Shown: positions 1-8,531 of the stretch, piece by piece
Layout of the letters: every line of letters starts with the position of its first letter
Numbering within the stretch: position 1 is the first letter of the stretch
Origin: Sedimentisphaerales bacterium
Lineage (GTDB): Bacteria; Planctomycetota; Phycisphaerae; Sedimentisphaerales; Anaerobacaceae
Direction: 5' to 3'
Length of the DNA stretch: 42,665 nucleotides
Assembly: GCA_032250555.1 (NCBI GenBank)
Contig: JAVVFI010000001.1
Location: 1-42,665, forward strand
Position numbers and translations under genes: made by a program
Notes under the pieces: model-generated
What the model was told of the DNA's origin: nothing
Databases searched by the model: none
Seen by the model: the letters and a program-made list of their open reading frames with translations, nothing else

Positions 1-2
1 CG

Positions 3-2318
3 GGAGTAGTTGTCGTTGCTGCGGCGGGTAATTCCGGTAAGTCAGATACAATCGGAGCTCCGGGACAGATTCCGGAAGTTATCACGGTCGGTTCTGTGAC
101 AAATTCTCACAATAGCGAGTTTTCCGCCGGGATGTCTATTGCAATGATGAACGTATATGCCGATGGAAGAGAAATCTTAAGCGGAGAAGAAGTTGTTTTA
201 GGTCCGAATCCCGATTTTTTCTCACGACCATTGCTCGGGCGGTTTGAACTCATTGACGCTGATAATTTTGACGGCCGCAGTTTTGGTGGCGATCAAGACG
301 GCCTGGTTTGTGAGAGCCTGCATGGTGGTTCTGCAGAGAATAAATGGGTTTTGGTTCAGCGGGGTATTTGCACATTCACAACTAAAATTAACAATGTACA
401 GGAAATCGGCGGCTGGGGTGCTCTGATCTATAATAACGGCAATGCAGAAGAGGGCCCCGACGAACCTCTTCTTGGTCCAAGTGTTCCCGGCACGCAAATA
501 CCTTCATATTTCCTGTCGCACAATACCGGCTTGTCTGTCAAAAATGCTATTAAGAATTCAAGTACAGTGGAAATAGAATTCTATGCTGCTGCTCCCTTGG
601 AGAGAGAGCAAAGCTCTTTTCAATTAAGTACGTTTTCTTCTTTGGGTCCTTCTCTTGGTTATTCCATAAAGCCCGAGATAGTTGCGATTGGTGAAGGAAG
701 TTATGCGGCAACACAGAACGACTTTCCGGGAGAATTCCAATTAAGCCTCTTCGAATATACCGCATTTGATGTGTCCGGTTTCAGTTTCAGTAATGGAACC
801 AGCTTTTCGTCGCCCCGTGTGGCAGGAGCCGCAGCCATCATCAAACAAATGAATCCTTCATGGAAACCGGAAGATATCAAATCAGCAATAGTTATTTCTG
901 CTGAACGACCATTGAATATTGCTTCGATGTCCGGGATGGAACGGGGAGGGGGACATATTGATCCCGGCAAGGCCATAAATCTTCCCGTGATAGTAACACC
1001 ATCGACTATAAGCTGGGAAAATTTGCTGGTCGATAGCCAGACTGAATTCGAAAAAACTGTCAGCTTAAGAAATGTATCTCTGCAGTCCCAATCTTTTTTC
1101 ATCTCGATGGAATTATCCCGAACGGACCGAATAGAATCTTTCGATATATTCCCCAATCAATTTGATTTAGCGCCGTCTGAGAGTATCGATGTCCTGTTAA
1201 AACTGAAATTCAATCCCCCATCGCAACCCGGAGATTTCGAAGACATAAGTGGAGATGTGATAATCGATTTGGATAATCAGGCAGAACTACTGCGCGTTCC
1301 TGTGTGGGCACGCGTTATGAAAGTTCCCGCTCCAGAGGGAAATGTATTATTAATTGACGATGACGGCAGCGATTCTATCGAGAACCAATATTTAGACGCA
1401 ATTAGCCTTGCAGGCTATGAGCCAACTTTGTGGGATGTGAACACACTCAATGCTTATCCTTCTCTTGAGTATATGCAGAACTTTCAGGCGGTTTCATGGT
1501 TTATGGCTACTACATCTCTTAATGCAGTTACAGACAATTTAGTGCTGCAATTGAACTATAGAACACGTTTCAATGTAGAGCTAACACAGTATTTAGCGCA
1601 AGGGGGCCGGCTGCTGGTTTCAGGTATGGATTGGAGTGATCAACAGGAACATACTCCGTTTGGACAACAAGTTTTACATATTTTAGGATTTGAGCATGAC
1701 CCATTTGTCAGTTACTCGACCGATGGAGAGATTTTATCTCAGGAAACCTCTTTGGACATTTCCGGAATAACCGATAGTCCTATCAGCCTTGGGATATCCG
1801 GTTTGAATGCAGAATTTGATATCAACGTTCCGAATATGACGGATATTTTAGTATTAGATCGCAGTGATGTAGCAAAGCCGGCTCTTTTCACTAATCAGAA
1901 TCCTGAAGACGTGATTGGGATTACGGTAGAGACCGGGAGTTATCGTGCCGTGTTTTTTGCTTTTGCTCTTGAGCGAATTTCAAGGGGAATGGACATTATT
2001 ATGAGAAACAGTCTTGATTGGATGATGGAAGGCTCACAAAAGCTCTTATCTATTCAATCGGTTGAACCTGGAATTCAAAACGATAACAGTCTCCCTCTGA
2101 CAGTTCTGCTTACAGTTGAAGGAATTAATTTTTTAGTCGGTCATGATGTTCTTCTTAACGATATTCCCGTGGAAATAAATTCAATCAATATGAATGGAAA
2201 TGTGGAAATTCTTATTCCTGCAGGATTACCCCAGGGAATTTATGATATTACCTTAAGATCTCCTGATGGTCAAAGTACTATCTTATCGGAGTCATTCCAG
2301 GTAGAAAATCCAGTCTAA
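3..2318 (+). CDS. Subtilisin-like (S8) serine peptidase with PA-domain insert and C-terminal IPT/TIG-like domain; 5' end outside window
   Basis: Frame 3 is open from base 3 (GVVVVAAAGNSG, subtilase oxyanion-Asn motif) and continuous with the 96..2318 ORF. SNGTSFSSPRVAGAAAI matches the GTSxSxP catalytic-Ser motif. PA-like insert (WVLVQRGICTFTTK). Asp/His catalytic motifs are absent, so the N-terminus is missing. Confidence 0.85.
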   Translation, partial: GVVVVAAAGNSGKSDTIGAPGQIPEVITVGSVTNSHNSEFSAGMSIAMMNVYADGREILSGEEVVLGPNPDFFSRPLLGRFELIDADNFDGRSFGGDQDGLVCESLHGGSAENKWVLVQRGICTFTTKINNVQEIGGWGALIYNNGNAEEGPDEPLLGPSVPGTQIPSYFLSHNTGLSVKNAIKNSSTVEIEFYAAAPLEREQSSFQLSTFSSLGPSLGYSIKPEIVAIGEGSYAATQNDFPGEFQLSLFEYTAFDVSGFSFSNGTSFSSPRVAGAAAIIKQMNPSWKPEDIKSAIVISAERPLNIASMSGMERGGGHIDPGKAINLPVIVTPSTISWENLLVDSQTEFEKTVSLRNVSLQSQSFFISMELSRTDRIESFDIFPNQFDLAPSESIDVLLKLKFNPPSQPGDFEDISGDVIIDLDNQAELLRVPVWARVMKVPAPEGNVLLIDDDGSDSIENQYLDAISLAGYEPTLWDVNTLNAYPSLEYMQNFQAVSWFMATTSLNAVTDNLVLQLNYRTRFNVELTQYLAQGGRLLVSGMDWSDQQEHTPFGQQVLHILGFEHDPFVSYSTDGEILSQETSLDISGITDSPISLGISGLNAEFDINVPNMTDILVLDRSDVAKPALFTNQNPEDVIGITVETGSYRAVFFAFALERISRGMDIIMRNSLDWMMEGSQKLLSIQSVEPGIQNDNSLPLTVLLTVEGINFLVGHDVLLNDIPVEINSINMNGNVEILIPAGLPQGIYDITLRSPDGQSTILSESFQVENPV

Positions 2319-2347
2319 TTGCAGGACAAGTTATTGGCAAATTCCAA

Positions 2348-2902
2348 TCAATTCAAGGCCATCTCCGGTGCTGCTACCTGCTCATGTATTAGCTCCCGGA
2401 TTCTTTCTCGAAGTAATTTTTCGCTTTCTGCGCCCTTCCAATTTAGTTCGCCATACCACCAGTATCGTATGAAGCCGTTTTTATCGACAAGGTATATGCT
2501 GGGCCAGATATGGTTTGCCCATGAATTCCAGGCAAGGCTTTCATTGTCGATGGCAATAGGATATTCCATATTGGCTTTAGCAGCTTTGTCTTTGACCTTG
2601 TCGATAATCCGCTCCTGTTCAGTCTCCGGTCTGTGGATTCCTATTATGGAAAAGCTGCTTTGAGGGAAATGCTTGTGCCAGTCATTGTAGTAGGGAAGTG
2701 AGCGGATACAGTTGCCGCAGCCGAAAGCGTAAAAGTGGACGACGGTTACTTTTCCTTTTTGCTCAGACAGTTTGACCGGCGGCGAGTTGAGCCAGGTATC
2801 AATTTCAAATTCCGGGGCTTTACAGGCGATAGTTTGAATCCGAGAGAAATTAAAAGGGCGTCCCATTAGCATTGTAAAAGTATTCTGTTGATAGCTATTC
2901 AA
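2348..2902 (-). CDS. Thioredoxin-fold redoxin (TlpA/AhpC-TSA-like thiol-disulfide oxidoreductase)
   Basis: 184 aa ORF. VVHFYAFGCGNC places a CxxC motif in the position typical of redoxin-family proteins. No obvious signal peptide. Confidence 0.7.
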   Translation of the reverse strand: MNSYQQNTFTMLMGRPFNFSRIQTIACKAPEFEIDTWLNSPPVKLSEQKGKVTVVHFYAFGCGNCIRSLPYYNDWHKHFPQSSFSIIGIHRPETEQERIIDKVKDKAAKANMEYPIAIDNESLAWNSWANHIWPSIYLVDKNGFIRYWWYGELNWKGAESEKLLRERIRELIHEQVAAPEMALN

Positions 2903-3179
2903 AACGGCCAGGATGTTCCTTTGAGCTTCCGCCTGCAGATTTTGGATGTTAGCGGCTTTTATGATTCGGACTTTATATTAGGGTTGTTCTGTAATGAAGC
3001 GATTTTGCTATATAATGTTTTTACAAGCGTTTGGATTCTGCTGGATTGCACAGGTGAGAAATTCAGCCCGAGGCCAACCTGATTTCGAGTGAGTAGGAAT
3101 ATATACTCTGAAAAGGCATTCGATGTTCAGTGGCTTTTTATCTAAAATCCTATTCTATATAAATATCGACGATAAAGGC

Positions 3180-3210
3180 AAAAAATAGGGCGAGTCACGA
3201 CTCACCCTAT
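3180..3210 (-). terminator. Rho-independent terminator downstream of the Spondin_N-like gene
   Basis: On the minus strand, TAGGGTGAGTC / GACTCGCCCTA hairpin (one mismatch, 3186..3209) followed by a run of six T (A-run 3180..3185 on plus). Lies about 60 nt past the stop at 3269. Confidence 0.6.
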
Positions 3211-3268
3211 TAGAACGTAGAAGCCAGCATTAAAATATTTTTCAATTTTGAGAAAGCAGATTAAGTCT

Positions 3269-4105
3269 CTACTGTCCCATTTCACTATCCATAGCGACCG
3301 GCTCAATTGTAATCCGTGCTACTACGGCATATGGTAATGTGAAGTCGGCTCCGACCGGATCTATCAATGTTCCGGCAGCATTCATGCCGCCCAGGATAAT
3401 CGGTTCGCCGCCCGGATTCGCATAAGAGTTCAAAAAGCCGGGATGAGGCAGTACCGGACAGGTTGTTGTCACCCCAGTGTTGGGAGCGGTCTGATTGATG
3501 AAAGCCGCATCCAATTCGTTATTCAACTCTGTGCCCGCATCCCAGACCATCGAACCTGGGACCGTGATGATTTGTTTACCCTTGAAATTTCCGGCCGCGT
3601 CAAAAAGCTCGATGCCCCAGGGATTGTGGTTACCCATGAAGGCATCGTTCGAAGGCACGACCATGCTGGCGAAGCTCATATATCGATTCTGTGATGCTGT
3701 CAGGGTAAACTCGGCAGTACTGATCTCGCCCGGGTCGAATATCGGGAGGCCAGGGAAACCAGCCGGGGAAGTAATCACACCATCTATGCCACCGGTATCG
3801 GTTGTGATGGCTTCAAAGTCCGCGTGGAGTACAGAGGTGTCACCATCTTCGGCAATACGCTCGACTGCTTCGCTGGCAAGACTGCCTAAATCGAATAAGT
3901 CGAAGCTGCCATTGTGAAATCCCACCCATACCAGTGAAAAGTAAACACCGTTTTCGGATGCCAGGCTCTCTATTTTAACGATGACGTTCACGGTTTCATC
4001 CTGTGCCTGCAACGTTTGAGTGGTTGCTAAAAGAGCCAAAACCGCAAGCACTAATGCCCAATACATTGGTTTGATTGTTTTTTCCTTTCTAAAAATAGTT
4101 TTCAA
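3269..4105 (-). CDS. Secreted Spondin_N-like domain protein
   Basis: 278 aa. N-terminal signal peptide (YWALVLAVLALLATTQTLQA-QD). The body resembles bacterial Spondin_N proteins from memory (VWVGFHNGSFDLF...AEDGD...). Family assignment not verified. Confidence 0.5.
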   Translation of the reverse strand: MKTIFRKEKTIKPMYWALVLAVLALLATTQTLQAQDETVNVIVKIESLASENGVYFSLVWVGFHNGSFDLFDLGSLASEAVERIAEDGDTSVLHADFEAITTDTGGIDGVITSPAGFPGLPIFDPGEISTAEFTLTASQNRYMSFASMVVPSNDAFMGNHNPWGIELFDAAGNFKGKQIITVPGSMVWDAGTELNNELDAAFINQTAPNTGVTTTCPVLPHPGFLNSYANPGGEPIILGGMNAAGTLIDPVGADFTLPYAVVARITIEPVAMDSEMGQ

Positions 4106-4251
4106 ATTTTACTGTTTATTGTGGATGATTTTTATTCATCCAATTTTTTGTGAACAAGCATATTAATTAATTTATTCCAGTTTTAGTATTTAAGGCGCTG
4201 GAAGCACCCCCTTTCCCCCGGATGTGTCCCAGCGCCATATCAAAAAAGCTA

Positions 4252-4542
4252 TCAGGGAGTTGTTCGACCCGGTCCCAGAAGAGGACACAAAAGGAAAACA
4301 TCAGACGGACCCATGATGCCGTCGCCGTCATCAATCCACCATCTTCCACCGACATATCCTTTTTGGCCTGGGCCAAACTCGGTGACGCCGTTTTCAAGTT
4401 TCTGGAAAGGACAGTGCAAAGGAAGAGACTCGGCTGATACGAAAGTATCGTAATAGAGTCCCTGGCTCGTCACATAGACAACACCAAGTGCTCCATCTCC
4501 ACGATTCGCCATCGCATCAACTGTGAAGTATGCTGTCGCCAA
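4252..4542 (-). CDS. Small secreted hypothetical protein; N-terminal signal peptide apparently disrupted by a frameshift at an (AT)5 repeat
   Basis: The ORF begins at a TTG with no SD. A strong SD (AAGGAG, 4599..4604) plus ATG at 4589 sits upstream in another frame and stops after 8 codons inside the AT repeat 4566..4575. See finding. Confidence 0.45.
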   Translation of the reverse strand: MATAYFTVDAMANRGDGALGVVYVTSQGLYYDTFVSAESLPLHCPFQKLENGVTEFGPGQKGYVGGRWWIDDGDGIMGPSDVFLLCPLLGPGRTTP

Positions 4543-4687
4543 AGCGATAACCGCCGCTACTGTTAATATATATATGTTTTGGTTTTCATGGTTTACTACT
4601 CCTTATTTTTTAGTGTTTACAAGCAAATTAGTTTTTGCGCCGCGCAACAAGTCGAAACATATGCGCAACACCACTTTTGAATTATTG

Positions 4688-5056
4688 TCAGTACTGAACG
4701 AATAAGTAATTCACTAATGAGTCGTGAACAGGGGTGTGAACCTTACATGGAATCCAGATTTTCCCGGATTTTTTTGAAATTCTGCTTTTGAGAGCCTTTG
4801 ACTGCTCTTTGGTCAGCAGAGAAGATGCCATTATATCGTAAAGTCGTGATTCCGTCAGCTTAGCCAGAATATCACGCATAAGCTTTAACTGCTTCTTATA
4901 TTTACGGCACACTCTGCAAATTAGCAGATGAAAAGATAAAGCCAAACGTTCTGCTATATTTAAAGGCGTTTCCTGTGAAAAGGATATCAAACGAGAAGCC
5001 TGATCGCATCTCAGAGTCAAAATAAATATAATATTTTTTAAAGTTTTGCGAACCAT
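4688..5056 (-). CDS. Soluble zinc-binding (ZAS, zf-HC2) anti-sigma factor
   Basis: 122 aa. C17...H43-x3-C47-x2-C50 (HLLICRVC) is the ZAS motif. No transmembrane segment. Starts 16 nt downstream of the ECF sigma gene. Confidence 0.7.
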   Translation of the reverse strand: MVRKTLKNIIFILTLRCDQASRLISFSQETPLNIAERLALSFHLLICRVCRKYKKQLKLMRDILAKLTESRLYDIMASSLLTKEQSKALKSRISKKSGKIWIPCKVHTPVHDSLVNYLFVQY

Positions 5057-5072
5057 TTTTTAGTCAACAGTA

Positions 5073-5642
5073 CTATATAAACCAGTTCAATTCCAGACAC
5101 CGGCGAAGCTGCAGGCGCGCACGATGCAACCGCACCCATAGGTTAGTCGGGGAAATCTCCAAATACTTACATACTTCTTCGGAACTTATACCCTCCATTT
5201 CCCGCATGACGAACGCCTGAGCCATGACCTTAGATAGCTCTCTGAGACAATCCTGCAAAATTTTCCGGAATTCAATGTTTTCAACCAATACCTCGGGACT
5301 CGCCTTCCAGTTAACCATTTTGTCTTTCCAGTGCCTGGCTTTATCGAAGTATTCCTTTTGCCATGACTCGTCGTCCATACTCTGCCGGCTGCTGTTCTGT
5401 CGGAAGAAATCCAGTATTTTATGACGCAGTATTCCTATGAGCCAGGTTCTCTCGGATGAGTCCCCGGCAAAGTTTTTCCAGCTCTGCAGCACCGCCAGAA
5501 GAGTATCCTGAACAATATCTTCGGCCAACTCTTGTTTGCCGACCCGCGTCAGGGCATAAAAGTAGAGCGTCTCCGCATGCTCGTGTACCAGCCGGTCAAT
5601 ATTCTGGTGGGCACTGCTGGTGGATTTATCTTCTTCCGACAT
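5073..5642 (-). CDS. ECF-type RNA polymerase sigma-70 family factor
   Basis: 189 aa. Region 2-like (AEDIVQDTLLAVLQSW...ERTWLIGILRHKILDF) and region 4-like HTH (SSEEVCKYLEISPTNLWVRLHRARLQLRRCL). Confidence 0.85.
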   Translation of the reverse strand: MSEEDKSTSSAHQNIDRLVHEHAETLYFYALTRVGKQELAEDIVQDTLLAVLQSWKNFAGDSSERTWLIGILRHKILDFFRQNSSRQSMDDESWQKEYFDKARHWKDKMVNWKASPEVLVENIEFRKILQDCLRELSKVMAQAFVMREMEGISSEEVCKYLEISPTNLWVRLHRARLQLRRCLELNWFI

Positions 5643-5967
5643 ACTTCAATCTGCCGACAATCTGAACCAATCGCTTTCTTTATAAATTTCTCTTGCTTTT
5701 ATAGTTGTATAGCCGCTTATATTATACACTTTTTTCAGGTCAATCACAAGGCCTGGAAGGATGAAGAAATTACACGTCTTTACAAAGTTTCACATCAAAG
5801 CCTCTTTATGCTTGTTTAGAAAAGAACACAGCAAAATATTTGATTAGAAGAGCTTTGTTCGTTAGACTAATCATTAGAATCGTACTATTGTTACAAAAAT
5901 CATTCAGGAGGCAGAAGAAGCTTAATCTTAACAGAACCTATCATCAGATTTATTCAGGAGAATAATA

Positions 5968-8436
5968 ATGTATCGGAAAATTATTGGAGCACATCAAATA
6001 AAATGGACATTGGCCTCAGTTCTTATCGTTAGTTTCTGTTTCGTCCCCCTGACGGCATGTGCGAACGATATAAGAATACAAGGTCCGTTGCGAGTTCTAA
6101 AGGACAATCCTCGCTATTTTACTGATGATAGCGGCCGGGCTGTTTATCTGACAGGCTCGCATACATGGTCTAATCTGGTGGACATTGGTCCAACAGATCC
6201 GCCGCCGCGATTCGACTTTACATCCTGCCTTGACTGGATGCAAAAGCTGAATCACAATTTTATCCGAATGTGGATGTGGGAACCGGTGACATGGAACACA
6301 AAAGCAAACAGGGAGAGCAAGCTCCATACATCCGCACCCCAACCATGGGCGCGTACCGGCCCGGGCAAGGCCATTGACGGCAAGCCGAAGTTTAATTTAA
6401 CAAAATTCAATCCGGCTTACTTCGAGCGATTGCGAAGTCGTGTTTCGCAAGCCCGGGACCGCGGGATTTATGTTTCGATAATGCTTTTTGAGGGCTGGGC
6501 GATGCAGTTTTCTTCCGGGGCATGGGAAGGCCATCCATTCAATAAGCAGAATAATATAAATGGTATTGATGCAGACCAAAATAAAGATGGTAAAGGACTC
6601 GAATTTCATACTTTGGCCGATCCGGAAATTACTGCCTTGCAGGAAGCCTATGTGTGCAAGGTCATTGATACTGTCTACGATTTCGACAATGTGTTATATG
6701 AGATTTCCAATGAAAACCATCCGCCATCAACGCAATGGCAATATCACATGATTCGTTTTATTAAAAAGTATGAGAAAAACAAACCTAAGCAGCATCCGGT
6801 CGGGATGACATTCCAGTACCGCGGCGGAAAAAATGAGACGCTGTTCAACAGTCCCGCCGACTGGGTATCACCGAATAATGAGGGAGGTTACAGGGACAAT
6901 CCGCCGGCTGCCGATGGTCGAAAAGTTGTACTCAGTGACACCGACCATCTCTGGGGAATCGGAGGAAATCAGGCATGGGTTTGGAAGAGTTTTCTGCGGG
7001 GGTACAATCCGATTTTTATGGATCCTTATGATGGCGTGGTTCTCGGGGAAAAATTTGATCCGAAGTGGGAACCGATTCGGGTCAGCATGGGATATACACG
7101 AAAGTATGCTGAAAGAATGAATCTGGCAGCAATGAAGCCGCGTAATGATTTGGCCTCAACGAAATATTGTCTGGCGAATCCTGGCATTGAATATCTGGTT
7201 TATAAGCCTGTATCTGATGAAAGCTCGATAACGGTAAAACTTAAACTCGGTAAATATCAATACGAGTGGTTTAATCCGAATCAAGGCAAGATTATATCGA
7301 AAGGTACCATAAGAGCAGATGGTGGAGAGCAATCGCTTAAAGCTCCTTCGAAAATCGATGCTGTTGTTTACATCACCAATTCAACAATGGCTTTCCCTGG
7401 CAAAGACTGGGAAGAGGTGAAACCTGAATCACAGGGTATCGACTCTGCTAAGCTTAATGCCGCTATATCCTATCTTAAGGATAATACCGGGCGGGATGGT
7501 GTCAATGAGCTGGTAATCATACGCAACGGTTATATGGTATGGAAAGGCTCGGACATTGATAAAGTTCACGGAGTCTGGTCTCTGACAAAATCCTTTACCA
7601 GTACGGTGCTTGGATTACTTATCGATGACGATAGGACGACTCTGGAAACGCGGGCAAAAGAATATATATCCGGCATGTCGAAAACATATCCGGCTATCAC
7701 ACTTCGCCATTTTACGACCATGACATCCGGATATTACGCCGTTGGCGATGCACCTCGGGGCAGCTATAAACATGGCCCAAGCCCCACACCTTTTAAGCCC
7801 GCTGATAAACCGCTGTTTACTCCGCCCGGCTCGAAGTATGCTTACTGGGATTCGGCTATGAACCAGTTTGCCAACGTCCTGTCCCGAATAGCCGACGAAC
7901 CGATAGAGGAACTATTTAAGCGAAGAATCGCCGACCCGATTGGGATGGACTCCGGTAAGTGGGACTGGGGCGATTTCGGAAAAATCAATGGTATCGTGGT
8001 CAACGGAGGCTCGGGAAATGGTAACAAGCACATGAAAATTTCGGCTCGAGAATTAGCTCGTTTCGGCCACTTATTTCTGAATAAGGGTAAATGGAAAAAC
8101 AGGCAATTAATCAGCAGTGCCTGGGTTTATCAGGCGACGCGGGCCCAGGTGCCGGCTTCCTTACCCCTGGAAGATTTGAGCGGTGCGGATGGACGTGGCG
8201 TTTACGGTTATAACTGGTGGGTCAACAGTATTAAACACGACGGCAAGCGAAAGTGGCCCGGTGTTCCAGATGGAACCTATTCGGCCAGTGGATATAATAA
8301 CAACGATATGTTCGTCATTCCTGAATGGGGCATGGTTGTCGTTCGCCTCGGTCTGGACCAAAACGACATTCCCATCACAGATACAATATACGGCACTTTC
8401 ATAGAAAAAATTGGCCAGGCAATCATGGACTACTGA
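5968..8436 (+). CDS. Secreted fusion protein: clan GH-A (GH5-like) glycoside hydrolase domain + beta-lactamase/serine-hydrolase domain
   Basis: 822 aa. Signal peptide. N-terminal half has TIM-barrel glycosidase hallmarks including YEISNENHP (the NE acid/base motif). C-terminal half has WSLTKSFTS (SxxK nucleophile motif) and YSASGYNNN typical of class C beta-lactamase-fold hydrolases. SD AGGAG 8 nt before the ATG. Confidence 0.7.
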   Translation: MYRKIIGAHQIKWTLASVLIVSFCFVPLTACANDIRIQGPLRVLKDNPRYFTDDSGRAVYLTGSHTWSNLVDIGPTDPPPRFDFTSCLDWMQKLNHNFIRMWMWEPVTWNTKANRESKLHTSAPQPWARTGPGKAIDGKPKFNLTKFNPAYFERLRSRVSQARDRGIYVSIMLFEGWAMQFSSGAWEGHPFNKQNNINGIDADQNKDGKGLEFHTLADPEITALQEAYVCKVIDTVYDFDNVLYEISNENHPPSTQWQYHMIRFIKKYEKNKPKQHPVGMTFQYRGGKNETLFNSPADWVSPNNEGGYRDNPPAADGRKVVLSDTDHLWGIGGNQAWVWKSFLRGYNPIFMDPYDGVVLGEKFDPKWEPIRVSMGYTRKYAERMNLAAMKPRNDLASTKYCLANPGIEYLVYKPVSDESSITVKLKLGKYQYEWFNPNQGKIISKGTIRADGGEQSLKAPSKIDAVVYITNSTMAFPGKDWEEVKPESQGIDSAKLNAAISYLKDNTGRDGVNELVIIRNGYMVWKGSDIDKVHGVWSLTKSFTSTVLGLLIDDDRTTLETRAKEYISGMSKTYPAITLRHFTTMTSGYYAVGDAPRGSYKHGPSPTPFKPADKPLFTPPGSKYAYWDSAMNQFANVLSRIADEPIEELFKRRIADPIGMDSGKWDWGDFGKINGIVVNGGSGNGNKHMKISARELARFGHLFLNKGKWKNRQLISSAWVYQATRAQVPASLPLEDLSGADGRGVYGYNWWVNSIKHDGKRKWPGVPDGTYSASGYNNNDMFVIPEWGMVVVRLGLDQNDIPITDTIYGTFIEKIGQAIMDY

Positions 8437-8531
8437 AAGCCGGACGAAATTATTGGTTTGATAGAAATTGTAATATTAAAAATTTGCTTTTCTCACAATT
8501 TTTCAAGAAGAGTCACAGTTGGAGTAATCGG

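Noticed and set aside
2903-3179. 277-nt non-coding gap upstream of the redoxin gene, examined for an sRNA, riboswitch or tRNA (contains a TATAAT at 3011..3016 on the plus strand)
   Set aside because: No properly spaced -35 element, no conserved riboswitch core, no cloverleaf and no terminator on the plus strand were found. Most simply it is the promoter/5' UTR region of the minus-strand redoxin gene.
5902-5960. Duplicated ATTCAGGAG (SD-like) at 5902..5910 and 5952..5960 upstream of the glycosidase fusion gene, considered as a leader peptide or decoy ribosome-binding site
   Set aside because: No start codon follows the first copy within a usable distance, and a 9-nt repeat can occur by chance. 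Only the second copy is positioned as the real SD.
8325-8531. 5' extension of the FMN-binding protein ORF overlapping the end of the glycosidase/beta-lactamase gene
   Set aside because: The extension translates to a basic low-complexity peptide that overlaps the upstream CDS by over 100 nt. The ATG at 8532 has an SD and is followed by a proper signal peptide.
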